From Octopus sinensis (taxonomy: Eukaryota): a DNA stretch of 64,000 nt. Made by a program: the position numbers and the translations under genes. Numbering within the stretch: position 1 is the first letter of the stretch; every line of letters starts with the position of its first letter. The DNA lies in contig NC_043009.1 of the NCBI RefSeq assembly GCF_006345805.1, forward strand, positions 30,256,001 through 30,320,000, in the 5' to 3' direction. Under the pieces are notes generated by a model. It made no database searches, was not told where the DNA came from, and worked only from the letters and a program-made list of their open reading frames with translations. This document shows, in pieces, positions 1-14,060 of the stretch.

Positions 1-199
1 AATAAAGAAACAATATCATTATATTTGTTGGTCTCTTGAATCAGAGATTTGTAAATGTTTTAAAATGTCCACGACTTTAATAACAGAGATAACGTATGAT
101 CTCTGAACTAAAATGTAAAATGTTTTTATAGAAGTCTTGATAGCCACATACAGAATGCTTGTAAAGTCAAAATCCAATGTAAATGGACAGTCGTTGGTA

Positions 200-3066
200 T
201 TAAGCCAACAAATATTGAGAAGACATAAATAGTGCGGAGATACACATACCATCGTATGCTATCTTCCGTACAGACAGAAGAAAAATAAGTCACGGTGGAG
301 TTGCAATGTACATCAGCGAAGATGTCCCACTATCAACCCTGTTATCGAACTCAAACACGGTGTGTGACACACTCATAGTACATCTAAAGCAACTTGCTAT
401 AGTGATATGCACACTATATCGCCCACCTGATGCCTCAAATCATGATGGAAAATTGGAGGAAAGCCTTAGTGCGATAAAGGAAGTACTAACACAACTGGAT
501 CAGCGTACTACTATGTTCCTGGTGGGTGACTGCAACTTCTCCAACATCAAGTGGCCTAAAGGAAACATAACCCCAGGAATGACGCACAAAAGCGAAATAA
601 AGCATAATCTCAACTTGATCTTACGAAAATGCCATTCATGGAGTAGATCGTACTCTCTCCAACCAGCCACAAAAATATCCCGAACCTCTGCTTTACAAAC
701 AATGTGAAAATTATCCACAACGTAAATATATCACCGATAATATTCTCAGACCATAACTTGGTAGAACTGACAATGTATGACCCGGAATTAACTAAAGCTA
801 AACTCCACACAGACGGAGCTCAAAACCTATCCAGTCGAAATTTCTATAAGGTATGCTGGAAATCACTTGAAAAACAAATACTTCAACAGGACTGACCTAA
901 ATTCCTCTCTATGCAAGGCACAGATATGAAACTCAATAAATTCATGTCAATACTGAGAGCCATACGCATTAAATATGTCCCAGAGAAGAGAGCCAATAGA
1001 CACGAAAACATCATTCCCTGAGACAGAAGACTACTAATGCGGCGGAAAATAAAGATCTTGAATCGTTTAAATAAACTCCTTAATGACTGTGTGAAATCCC
1101 ACCTGACAGAGGAACTTTCGAGATAGAAAATAAACTCAAAATTTTCCATGATAAAGAAATAGAAGAAAGAGAAACCTGGGCAGTCTAAAATATAAAAAGA
1201 AATCCTATAGCTTTGTACACGCTCTAAGACAGGGTTAATATTTGGTAAAAACGGCTCACTAACTGCAGATCCGGGGAAGATAAATGAAGCACTAAATAAA
1301 CAATTCCGAAGTGTTTTCACTTCTCCACTGGAAAATATGCAAACAAACAAGTCTGAGGAGTTTTTCAATGTAACGAATCTATTCGGAAAAGAGGCTACCA
1401 TCGACATCATCAATCTAAAAGAAGAGGATGTAATATCGGGCCATTGATGAGATGAGATCAAACTCAGGACCAAGCCCAGATGGACTTCCGACTGTTCTCT
1501 TAAAGACATGTAAAGAGGCTCTTGCAAAGTCACTGCAGATACTCTTTAGAGTTTCCTTGCATATGGTAAACTTCCCAACGTGCTAAAAGAAGGTGTAATA
1601 TGCCTTATTCATTAAAGACGGGCAGAGCAGATGCTAAAATCTACAGGCCCATCGCTCTGACCTCACATGTTAGCAAGACAATGAAACGCATTGTCAGAAA
1701 AAGGCTGATCACGTTCCTTGAAGAAACTAACCTTCTCACAAACACGCAATCCGGCTTCCGTCCAGGTAGGAGCTGCCCCATGCAGTTGCTGCAACACTTT
1801 GACTGGGCACTGAAAAAATAGCTAAACCAGTCAGCTGTAGATGTGATATACTTTGACTTTACCAAGGCCTTCGACAAGGTTGATCATGGCATGATATGTC
1901 ACAAGCTGCGAAACCTTGGTATTACTGGGAAACTGGGAGAGTGGCTGCATGAGTTTCTGAAGGGCAGGAGTCAGACACTTGTAGCCAATGGTGCTCACTC
2001 TGAAGAGACACCAATTATCAATGGGGTCCCACAGGGAACTGTACTGGGGCCACTACTATTTGTGGTAGCCCTGTCAGACATAACCTCCGTGATACAGTCA
2101 GCCAAGCTGACCAGTCATGCTGACGGCATGAAAGTATCGCAGGCAGTTAGGAACCAAGAGGGTTCCTAAAAGTGCAGAAAAATCTGAATGAAATATACAA
2201 ATGTGCTAACAAGAATAACAGACAGTTCAACGCTATGACATTTCAGGCACTCTACTATCGGTCCAACACCAGGCTAAAATCGGAATGCACTGGACCAGAA
2301 AGTAATACAATTCCAGAGCCAGAGTCGTGTGTGACCTGGGGTATCAAATGAGCAAAGATGCAACATACCATGTGCATATTACTAAAATGGCAACACCGTA
2401 CAGGCGAGTGGTTGGTTGGATGCTGATGACATTCAGAACCAGGAAAAAGGAGGCCTTGCTACTCCTATAATGGACTTTCGTTTTCAGCCGCTTGGACTAC
2501 TGCTCCCAACTATGGTCCCCAGAGAGTGTGAAACAAACTGAAACTCGAAGAAATCCAGCGCCAATACACAAAGAAGATTGACTTGATGCAAAAGATGGGC
2601 GACTGGGAGAGGCTAAAGGAGGTGAGTTTCTATTCCCGGGAGAGAAGACGAGATAGATATGCGGTGATATATATTTGGAATATCTTGGCGGATTTAGCTC
2701 CCAATTTTGGAATTGACAGCTATACTAATCCTCGAACTGGACGGGACTGCATCATATGAAAGAGCCCGTCTTCCCTATCTAAAATGAGGACACAGTACTG
2801 CAATTGTCTGAGTTTCAAGGGCCCGTAATTTTTCAACATTCTGCTAAGCAAAATGGTGCTGATTTGAAAGTTTCCAAGGAACGTCTAGACCGGATTCTAT
2901 CTGAAATACCAGATGAACCCATACCCTGGCAGGAGATACAAAGAAGAGCAGTTCCGTGCAACTCGCTACTTCACCAAAAACAATAACGGAAACAACACCG
3001 AGTAACTACAGGATGGTGCACCAGCATGACCTCAGCCACGGGCTGAAACTAGTTAAGAACTAAAGA
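200..3066 (+). mobile_element. Decayed CR1/L2-group LINE (APE endonuclease + RT), many stops and frameshifts
   Basis: APE motifs (HGGVAMYI, LYRPP, VGDCN, SDHN); RT motifs YRPIALTS, QSGFRPGRSC, YFDFTKAFDKVDH, GVPQGTVLGPLLF, degenerate YADD (SHADG); C-terminal LDYCSQLWSP near 2490; 3' UTR stem-loop 3033-3045. 5' boundary approximate. Confidence 0.92.
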
Positions 3067-6000
3067 GTAAACAAATAGGCGAGAGCGAATCATTATCATT
3101 TGACGCTTCTTACATCGTACGAATTTAGAAATTTCGAAAGGGAGTAGTGAAACAATTTATTTATTGTCTTTTTTCAACAATGGAGCTCGAAATAGATATG
3201 GCTATAATTAACAGTGTGTAAAGATAAGGTTAAAAAAGAATCATTTGGCTAGAAAATAATCAAAGTCTGCCCGTATGTTCATAGATGTTTGTTCGTGTCC
3301 TTTAGACAGCCTTGAGAGTTTTCGGAAGCTTTTTAAGGCAATAAATACACGCTATTATTTGTAGCTGCATCTACTTCGTTAGCAACAAATTATTGCATTA
3401 TCATTGGATGTTTCTTTCTCAGTAGCAGAAAGGGTCTCCCTCCTTCTCCTTCTCCCCCCTCTCTCTCTCTCTTTCTCTCAGTTGGATTAATTTTAAAGTT
3501 TATTTTCTTTCAGTAGTGCCTTTGTGCATCTTTGATCACGTGCATCCAGTAAAATTGGCGAAGAAAGAGTTTTACTTGTCAGAAGTAGAACACGAATACG
3601 GGCAGCCATATTGTATTTATCTAGAAATCTTTTCGCGTTAATGGAACCTTTGTTAGGGACATCACCATTTACCTCAATAAAAATGTATAAATCTTGTGCT
3701 AAAGAATGATTACGCAATATTCTAAAGCATAGTGGAATCAGTTTTCTAGTAATTTTTGTTTGTCTTATTCTAAATATTATTCTAAACATTATAATCTGTG
3801 GGAATTTGGCCAACTTTATTATACAAATTGAATGTTCTTTTATTCTCAGAAAAGGAGCTTTAATACTTGCTAGTTTCTCAAGATTTTATTCATTTAATGC
3901 AAATTTGATGAAGAAGCACGTTCTTTCAAGGAAGCAGGTGCTTGCCTTTAATTTATTTATGTCGTTCGCAGTTCCCATGATAGAGCCGCCCTGTAGCATT
4001 CACGTTATTTATCGTAAAGATGGCTACTAATTATCTTTAGGTTTGTTCGACAATCAATAAATTTCATATGGCTAATGGTGATATTGCAGTTGTGCAGCTT
4101 ATAATTATCTTATTTATGACTTTCATTGAAGTATTTTCCTGGCCGCAGATGATAAATAATATAGCTGATTTGATCCTGAATAAACCTGCACTTAAATCAT
4201 TTAATATGGATTAGGCGCTTCTTATTGTCTAGCTGAACAACACATATCTTTATGCTAATTGATGAACTTTCTAATCTTAATCTTAGCTAATTACCAAATG
4301 AAAGAATTATGATACCACAATATTTTACATCGACGCAGGTTTCCTGGGAGATATTTGTTTTTGCGTAATCCTTTGACAAGATCAAATAGAGTAATTACTC
4401 TCTTCTGTTACTTATCTTCATTAATTCCAAAGTTTAGAACACGTGTTGATATGGGCAATCCACTCCTCTGAACTCACAGTTACAAATCAGAACACTCTGG
4501 ACAATTATGCGATACCTTGAGAAAAGAATCTTATTGTAATATTAAGCTATCAACTATTTAAAATGTCTGTTGGCTAAATTCATTAAATTAATCCTTACTT
4601 CAGCGTGAAATTTGCTATCAGCATTTTATGTTAACTTGTTATATTGCTCATTGTTGAATTTAAGAGAGAAAATGATACTAAATTACGCAATATACTTCAG
4701 CTGTTTATGGGCAAAGTGACAGAAACTTCACCGTTGCTTCAAGGAATTCAATCCTCAAGTTCAGTAACAATGTGTATCGTTAAATGCACTTAAGAATTTA
4801 ATGCCCAGATTTCTTTCAGTCAATAATTCTCGGAATTGTTAACTTCAGCGGTATTTTAAGATATGCCGCTTCAGGTTTGTTCAAATAATTTTTTTTTTTT
4901 TTCTCCTTCTCCAGTTTTGTTTCGCAATATGACTGATTTACTTAAAGGTAAAAAGCTCAACGATTGCTAATTCAAGATATGAAGTTTGTTCAGTTAATTT
5001 TCTGAGTTTTACAGTTGATATTCTCCAAATCACAGGAGTATCAGAATATTGACGAAACAGTAATTCACCTCATTATTAGCAAGATGAATTCACTTAATCC
5101 CTATAATTACCATATTTACAATTTTATTGAAGTAGTTCCCCGATGGTATATGATAATTGATAAACACCGCTTAGCATCGGCGCTACATACATGATAATGC
5201 TACAAAGAGAATGAGCAGGAGCAAGAAGAGCAAGAGGAGCAGCAGAGGGAGGAGAATGGGTTGAGGAGGAGGAAGAGGGTTGAGGAGGAGGAAGTGGAGT
5301 TTGAGGAGGAGAGGAGTGGATGTGGGAACATCGATAACTGGAGAAGATGAGATCTATTCACTTCTTCGTATCGATAAACAACAAAAGCAGCTGCAGGGCT
5401 AATTCTGCTTAATGCAGCGGCCAGATATCGTCAAATTAAAGTCACACCCGTCCATAACATATACACTGTTTTATGTATCTCCAGACAAATTGGGAAACAA
5501 TAAAAGACAAGATGGCTGTCCTTTCTGTAATGGATTTTCTCAAAGATCTACTCCATCAATATGAAGCCAGGGTTAATCAGCAGTCACAGACTTGTCGTGA
5601 AATGGGACGCAGTTATTTTATACTCCTCTGTATTTTACAAACCGGTAAAGAGAACTGTTTACGCTAGTATCTAAAAACTCGTAAAACACAACATACTTTC
5701 TTTAAAAATGAAGAATGAACTGTACAAATTTGTCACAAGTATATACAAAGAGGAGATGGGCATAGCTGGAAGGCTTGTGACCGTAGATTTGCCAAATCAG
5801 TGCTGTCTTTACTTCTGACCTTGCTAATCAATAATAAGTTTATTTTAAAAGACCAACTTTGTTTGAAATCTTAAGACTGATTAGATATCGTATTCGTTTT
5901 AACAAAGGCTGTTCTTCATCTTTCTGACGTTTAAATAAGCGTTTTATTTATTTTGAAGAATTTCAATAAAAAAATTTCAAATTGTTTTCAATATATGACA

Positions 6001-7750
6001 CCACAACACCGTGAGAGAATTAGCATAAATTCTTGCGAAACGAACTGATGATCGTAATGTTTTCATTTACGACCATCTCCATTTTCTATTCAAAATTAGA
6101 AGAGTTTAAGCTTGACTTTTCTATCTGGGGGAGTGAGTACAATAAATTGAAAGACTGCTAATATATTAAATGTGGTTTTATATATGATATCACTCCCCGT
6201 AGTGCAATTACTTTTATAACATTGTGATTAAAGTAATGTATGATTCTAAAATGTTTAACCATTGCGTATAGCTAACACAAACTACTTTGCTTTCATGGAA
6301 GAAATCCAATTGTTTCATATTTCCTAAATATACAAACATGCACAATACCAACAAAGAAAATGATTTAGCAATTGAATATTGCATTTAGTGTTTTTCTTCA
6401 TTTTTACGGAGTAAATATACAAGATTGACTCTGTTTTAATGTATAAATTGTTATTATAATACATGTTGACAATCTCAAATCCTGTATCATGGAATACGAA
6501 AGCATATTGTCTTTTCCCTGGAGCGTTACTCATGTGCATGCCATTGCAAATATTGACTACCTTCTCCTCTATTGCTCACTCATCCCCAAATATATTCCAT
6601 CAGTGATGCTGTTTGTGTTATCTTATTTCTCTCTCCAGCAGGCTCAGGTAGCTGTGGCGATAGTGGAAATGTTTTAGCAGTGTTGAGTGGCATACATGAC
6701 AGTAATTTCAGTTGCTATCATGAAACTCCACCTCTTCAGTCGGATTCTAATTATATGACAAGCTTTATTTGATCCTAACAGACAGAATGCCACATTCAAA
6801 ACATCAGTTTTGTTTCAGCCCGGTTAAACATTAGACGTTTGTCTCCGGTTTTCTGATATTTTATTCTGCAATGTTTTGCATGATGTTGCATGAATGTGTG
6901 CAGCAAATAGATGTAGAATCTCTTAAGGATAATAGAAAGAAATAGAAGTAAAGAAAACAACTATTATTACCAATAATGCAGACGTAATTATTACAGAAAC
7001 TTGATAAGGTCCTGCTGACACGGCATCTAACAGTGGAAGCTAACATGGTATATTACGTAAAAGCAAAACCATAGTGGAATCGTATATATCGTTAAACTAC
7101 CTGCTCAATGCAATTGTACAATAGCAGTCAGAATATATATACCACATAGTTTACCTCTAAATCTCAGGATAGCATGCTGAAGAATAAGTTTTAGATAATT
7201 GTAGCCGCAGTGAAGATTAATAAGTTTACATTTCATTAACGGCAGTGCAATATTCCTCGGTAAAACCACTTAACATGCAATGGTCCATTTTCTCTATTGG
7301 GGTGGAGCACCCTGTGAACAATCGGAAAGCTAACATTATTATTATTATTTGATATGAGGTACGAATCGCACCCCATGCACACTGACTGATGTTTGAGATG
7401 TGAACAAGCACTCTGCTATTATATGTCGGCAATCAGTGACGTAGTCATCTCTCATGAAGTAGTTGGCCGAAGCTATTTTAACTGAACACTATTTTATATC
7501 CCCACATTAGATCTCTCTCACGCTTTCTCTCTCTCCCCCTCTCTCTCTCACTCTCTTTCTCACTTTCTCTGTTTCTTTTTCTACATAAATATGTGTGGGC
7601 GTATGTGTATTAATCTATCAATGTAATACTCCGCGATGTACACGGCAAATCAACTGGTATTTCACTTATCCAGTATGTCGAATACTTATTAACAATGTGT
7701 GTGTATGTATGTATGTATGTATGTATATATATATATATATATATATATAC

Positions 7751-8250
7751 GAACCGCTAAGCAACGGGGATGGAAACACTAGCATCAGTTGTCAAACGAT
7801 GGTGGGCGGACAGACACATAAACACATACACACAAATATACATACATACCTACATATATATATATACGATTGGTTTCTTCCAGTATCCATGTATCAAAGG
7901 TCCGAGGCTATAGTAGTCACTTTCCCAAGGCGCCATATAGTGGGACTGAACCCGGAACCATGTGGTTGGGAAACAAGCTTCTTATCTCTTTATTGCCCCC
8001 AAGAAGCTAAACATAGAGGAGACAAACAAGGAAAGACAAAGTGATTAAGTCGATTACATCGACCCCAGTGCGTAACTGGTACTTAATTTATCGACCCCGA
8101 AAGGATGAAAGGCAAAGTTGACCTCGGCGGAATTTGAACTCCGAACATAAAGACAGACGAAATACCGCTAAGCATTTCGCCCGGCGGTGCTAACGCTTCT
8201 GCCAGCTCACCGCCCTGAAACAAGCTTCTTACCACACAGCCACACCTACA
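7751..8250 (-). mobile_element. Octopus-type tRNA-derived SINE (family B, CA-rich body), interrupted by a nested SINE
   Basis: Matches copies at 44810-45375, 49238-49625 and 23150-23545 (GTGGGACTGAACCCGGAACCATGTGGTTGG...CTTACCACACAGCC). Confidence 0.85.
7985..8216 (-). mobile_element. tRNA-derived SINE (family A, OK/MetaSINE-like core), full length, with 15-bp TSD
   Basis: A/B-box head, core GCCTTTCATCCTTTCGGGGTCGATAAATTAAGTACCAG on the minus strand; TSD GAAACAAGCTTCTTA at 7970-7984 and 8217-8231. Confidence 0.9.
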
Positions 8251-8830
8251 TCCATGTCTATATTATCCGATGTAATATTTCAGTTTTCGAGGAGTTCTGT
8301 GTGGGATCTGCCAGATATTTGGAGGCTATTGTTCTTGAGTCATTTACGACTAATTTGTGTGTTTAATTTCTGTATAGAGTCCTGTAGCAAGAATCGCGAC
8401 CGGAACCTTGACTGCGAAATAACGATACTAATTAGCCATTTTAGTGAAGCAGGCAATTCATATATCAAAAATGGTAGTTTAGAATATATGGAATCAGAAA
8501 ATACTAAGAATATACGTAAGAAATAATTGCATATCTTGTGAAACATGGTGATGGCTATTATTATTATTATTATTCTCTTTTTCATTCTGCAGTGGTGATG
8601 AGTGATGGAATAATAATTCTTAATTGCTATATTACTGAGGCAAGTTCTGGTTGAAATGTATTTTAGCTAGCATCCCATGGCAACAGCAGGTTATAAAGCT
8701 AATAAGAAAATTCTCACTCCGACAGCGGTGCGTATAACAAGATTACATGTATCATTAAATCTTGCCATTCCAATCCCTTTCCATGACTAATCGTTTGCAG
8801 ATAGATATAGAGGGACAGACAGAAATACAA

Positions 8831-8834
<4 letters not shown>

Positions 8835-8904
<70 letters not shown>

Positions 8905-8944
8905 AGATAGATAGATTGATAGATAGATAGATAGATAGATAGAT

Positions 8945-8977
<33 letters not shown>

Positions 8978-9032
8978 TATACATGCATACATACATACAT
9001 ACATAACTGGATGTAGAGGTAACTGGATAAAT

Positions 9033-9097
<65 letters not shown>

Positions 9098-9255
9098 CAT
9101 AAATGACACATGAAGTCAAATATACATACATATTGTACTTTCCCTGGGTGCGTAAGTTTGAACAATATACTGACGTGTAAGAAGTGCTATACATACGCTT
9201 AATCTCCCTACTACCAAGTAACACAAACGCACATATATGTGTGTGCGTGAACCTG

Positions 9256-9294
<39 letters not shown>

Positions 9295-9297
9295 CTC

Positions 9298-9328
<31 letters not shown>

Positions 9329-9400
9329 TTATATATATATATATTTATACGCGTATGAGTGTAAGTGCGTGTGTGTCTGTGTGAGTGCGTATGTATGTAT
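8835..9400. repeat. Compound microsatellites (TA)n/(TG)n/(TAGA)n/(CA)n
   Basis: Directly visible. Confidence 0.95.
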
Positions 9401-9742
9401 TTGTATATATAGCTGTACATCGTATTTCTAGTCTTCAGAGAAGATACTTCCACGTTTCACATGTGCAGCCATTGCAATCCTTGCAATTATCCCGATGCCT
9501 TTGTAATATATTAGTGCAACAGTCCCAGACATGCTGTCAGAGAATATGCCATTCTATTATTTCTTTTACAATTTTGCAATATCCTGTTTGGCAATTTATT
9601 CTTGAATACATATATTTGATATATGCACATATGCAATTACTTCTAGGATTATATGCGCGTATGTACATAGCTATGTATGTATGAAGCGTGCTTGCATTTT
9701 CATACGTTTACATGTGAGAATGGACGACAGTTTAAAAATTCT

Positions 9743-9779
<37 letters not shown>

Positions 9780-9781
9780 AA

Positions 9782-9863
<82 letters not shown>

Positions 9864-10094
9864 GCAATAATTTACACAAGGAATAGATTGAGAGTCTTTT
9901 CGAAATTTGTGCTTTCCCACCTTTATTGGAACGTTTAGAGTGAGCAAGGTGAAACCTCGAAGTCACTGTGAGCACTTTCACTATCGATATTAATATGTAC
10001 TCTAATAAAATGTAGTGAGTATTTATTCAGTTTGATGTTCAATAATTTTTATATGGAAGCTGAGAGAAAAGCCAAAATTAATCTCTCACTCTCT

Positions 10095-10164
<70 letters not shown>

Positions 10165-10299
10165 CATACATACATACATACATACATACATACATACATA
10201 CATACATACATACATACATACATACATAATTGTTAAAGAGGACAACAAACGTTAAGGCAACAGAAACATCTCAAGTTATATAAGTTATTATCATCGGAA

Positions 10300-10370
10300 G
10301 GAATTCAAAGTCTTACAGCTGTTTCTGGGATATCCCAGAATATGGGACATTCCGTCATCAGCTGTGAACT
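10300..10370 (-). ncRNA. Penelope pLTR-type hammerhead ribozyme motif (stem I degenerate)
   Basis: Minus strand reads CTGATGA - stem II (ATGTCCC/GGGATAT) - GAAA - palindromic ACAGCTGT - A; lies just upstream of a PLE RT fragment. Confidence 0.6.
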
Positions 10371-10380
10371 AAACCCCCAT

Positions 10381-10418
<38 letters not shown>

Positions 10419-10477
10419 TGTATGTATGTATGTATTTATATATGTATGTATTTATGTATGTATGCATGTATATATTC

Positions 10478-11290
10478 AATTCTGGCTAGAGAACTATGCC
10501 AATGAACTCACACATTGCATAAAAATAAAATTCGTAATAGAGAGGCTAAAATTCATCTTCGAGAATAAATACTTTGTCTTCAAAGACAACTTTTATCGAC
10601 AAAAATAGGTGATTGCGATGGGAATGAGAATGGACCGCTCTTTGCTAACCTATTTATGGGATATCTAGAAATCAGACTTTGTTACAAGATACTAGAAAAA
10701 TACGGCAACCCATTCTATCTCTACATAGAAAATAACTGGAAGAGGTACCTGGATAACTGTTTCATTCTTTGGCATGAAAGTATAGAGAGACTTAAAGAAT
10801 TTCAACCACTTGTAAATGAACTTGACGTAAACATTTAATTCACGATGGAATATAGCCATCAACGAAATAGAAACAGATGTAAACTATAAACCCACGGACT
10901 CCAAGCAATATCCCGTTCAACCTAGCAAAAAGGATTTGACTATTGTTTATAATACAAGCACCAGGGACACACGATTACATGAACTAAAGGATACACTCAT
11001 CTCCAGGAACTAGCCACCATCACTAATTGATATATGCTTTCAACGTGCCCTACAGCTCAACATACTCGAACTCAGACATCCCAAATTAAAGAAGGATTTA
11101 CAACCAAAAGCCGTACCGTACATCACAGACAACACTCTTAACAATGAAGCCTTCAACACTATCCTCCAAAGCATTTCCCTACTAAAAAGATACTACAGAA
11201 TGAATTTCATCCATCATACAGAGCAAAAGACAGACCAAATCTGTGAAAAGTCTCCTGACACAAGCCCGAATACGCTTAACAACCTCCTAC
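10478..11290 (+). mobile_element. Penelope-like element RT remnant
   Basis: FENKYFVFKDNFYRQ..IAMG..ANLFMGYLE..WKRYLDNCFILW..I*FTME..YKPTDSKQY..PFNLAKRI; frameshifts and stops. Confidence 0.88.
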
Positions 11291-11328
11291 ATTACACACA
11301 CACACACACACACCACACACACACACAC

Positions 11329-11396
<68 letters not shown>

Positions 11397-12400
11397 CATA
11401 TATAAAGAATATATAAAAATTGTTACATAGAGAGATAGAGAGAGAGAAAGAGGTAAAATTATATAAATATACTTATATGTTTGTACATAAATATCCATAT
11501 ATAATTACTGTTATTTTTATATTTGCATGCCTTGTTAATATTTTGAATTAGCAATTAAGATCCATATTGTGTTATATTATTTATGTACATGCCATTGCCA
11601 GAAACTAGAAATATTTCTGCTCTACCCATTTAAGATGCCATTTAAAATACCCTATCAGTTTTTTGTAATGCTTGTATCTCCAATGCCGCATCCAGATGTC
11701 TATTTTCCCCTGAAGAGAATAAAAACCTTTCATTCATTAAGCCTTAAGTAATTAATTCATTTTATGGCATTAGAATTGCTAAATAATTTTGGTATTACCA
11801 TAGTTACCACATCTATAAACCTGTTTGATTATCTTAGCACCATCAGCGATAAATTTTTACTTATCGATTCCCGGATACTTATTAATGAATTAACCACTTC
11901 GAGTTGTTTGGATTCTGTAGATGTAGAGTTTGTTCCTGAAGAAAATTTTGACTCTGTTTTGTATTAGGAATATGTTCGCATTATTCGTAGACAAAACATA
12001 GTAAATATTATCCAGACAATAAGACCAAAACGATACATTTTCAATATAACTAACGAGAATCATATTCTGTTCAGTTGCTTTGTGCTAAATGAACTCATCA
12101 ATCTTGCCAAGGACGTTGTAAATGAGGAATATGTAAATGGAATTACGCAGCATTGGTAATTATATTTTGTATGTCTAACACAGAATCCATTTCTTTAGAT
12201 TGCAAATTACAAAAAGGAATCCATTGTCTTCCCAAATAACATATGGAAAGAAATATAATGCAAAACAGGAATACATTAACACACACACACACACTCACAC
12301 ACACACATGTATATACCTGCATATGTATGCGTGTGCGTCCGTGCCTGTATGTGTGCGTGCGTCTGTGTGCACATGTATGTGTGTGTTTGTATATATATAC

Positions 12401-12438
<38 letters not shown>

Positions 12439-13554
12439 ACGTATTTATGTGTGAGTATATATATATATATATATAAATTTATATATATTCAATTTCTCAT
12501 TAACAAATCCTTATGAACAAGTAATTTGTCATTTGGAAGAGGGCGAGTAACTGTAAAATAGTTCTCATTAACATATTAATAAGGATGTGGAGAAATGCTC
12601 CTTTGGCGAAGTAATTTCACAGCGCAACTAAATTATATAGATAGGACTCCATTTGTTAAGCAGCCTCTCCCTCTCTCTCTCTCTCTCTCTCTCCCTTTCA
12701 CCTATCTCTTTATTTATCAATCACCTTTTTCTTGCTCTCTTTTAAATATATGTCTACCTCTTTATGTGTGTGTGTGATAATGTTTGTGTACATATACCAG
12801 GAACTTTGTATCCTTTCATTAGATAATATAGCTGACAGTTCACTTATTATTTTCTGTTTGACTTTTTCTTTAAAAAATAAAACTTTCGGAAATTAAAAGC
12901 CATAATTTAGAGTGTTTAGGCATAAATTGCGTACTACCTCCTCGCCTCTCGCCTTTAAATATTAATGATGTTGGCAGAATCAGTGTATTATTCCTCTCTC
13001 TTTCTCTCTTTCTTCTTCTCTCTCTCTCTCTCTCTCCCTCTCATCCTTTCTGGATCTCTAGTAGAGTTTTGTATTTTCTTGTATTTCGCCATTCTTATTT
13101 TCCTTTTCAAGGGAAACTTGTAAAAGTTCAGATGCCCTCGGCCCAAGAGGAAAATGACTGTTATGAGTCACTCCTATCTCGTCTGCAGAAATCATTTCGA
13201 TACATCTACCATAGAGTTTAAACATCATGTCTTTCCAAGCCAAAGAAAGGCGGTGGGGTGATACAGTAGATACAGCTTATAAATAGATCCGCCCGATATA
13301 TGATATCAAGTGTTGGATATAAATCCACAATTGAGCAACAACTGGGTATTAAAAAAGCGCGTGCTGAACATTTCGCCGCTCCACGTTCTTCTCGAACTGA
13401 CGGCACTGCCATGGCAGTAAAAATTATCTCGAGTTGGCAATGACATCTTACTGTAGTACTTCGAGGCCAAGGATGTCTAGAAATCATCCGTCTTGGCCCA
13501 AAAGGTAAAAAAGAAAGGTAGATACATATGACAGGTTAGCGTGGGAGGTTAAGC

Positions 13555-13810
13555 AGTTGTGGTCAATGAAAAAGATGGTATTAGTACCAATACTTGTCGG
13601 AGCCCCGGGAACAGCGAGTAAAAATTTTGAGAAGCACATGGAACAAATAGGGGCTGCAATAAGCGTGGAGTACTTGCAGAAGACAGCACTGCTTGGAATC
13701 GCTCGAATACTCCGGATGTTGCTCGAAAAATAAGCGGTGTTACCTTAGTTCACTGGTAGTGAACAGTGGGCACCCTAGTACATCTCCAGCGTTAGAAGCT
13801 GTGCAAAGAC
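13555..13810 (+). mobile_element. R4/Dong-type LINE extreme 3' end followed by (TAA)n
   Basis: VLVPILVGAPGTASKNFEKHMEQIG..LQKTALLGIARILRMLLEK*, short UTR, then a (TAA)n/(TGA)n array. Confidence 0.8.
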
Positions 13811-13856
<46 letters not shown>

Positions 13857-13904
13857 GTAATGATGATGATTAATGATGATGATGATAATGATGATGATGG
13901 TGAA

Positions 13905-13949
<45 letters not shown>

Positions 13950-13962
13950 AATAATAATAATA

Positions 13963-14000
<38 letters not shown>

Positions 14001-14016
14001 AATAATAATAATAATA

Positions 14017-14058
<42 letters not shown>

Positions 14059-14060
14059 AT
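13811..14060. repeat. (TAA)n/(TGA)n compound trinucleotide array
   Basis: Directly visible. Confidence 0.95.

Noticed and set aside
6324-7432. Short ORFs and AG/GT signals suggesting host exons
   Set aside because: No recognisable protein similarity or consistent exon chain
9410-9455. Minus-strand CTGAAGA-cta-GAAA..GTA
   Set aside because: No stem II and no stem I pairing; at best a deleted relic
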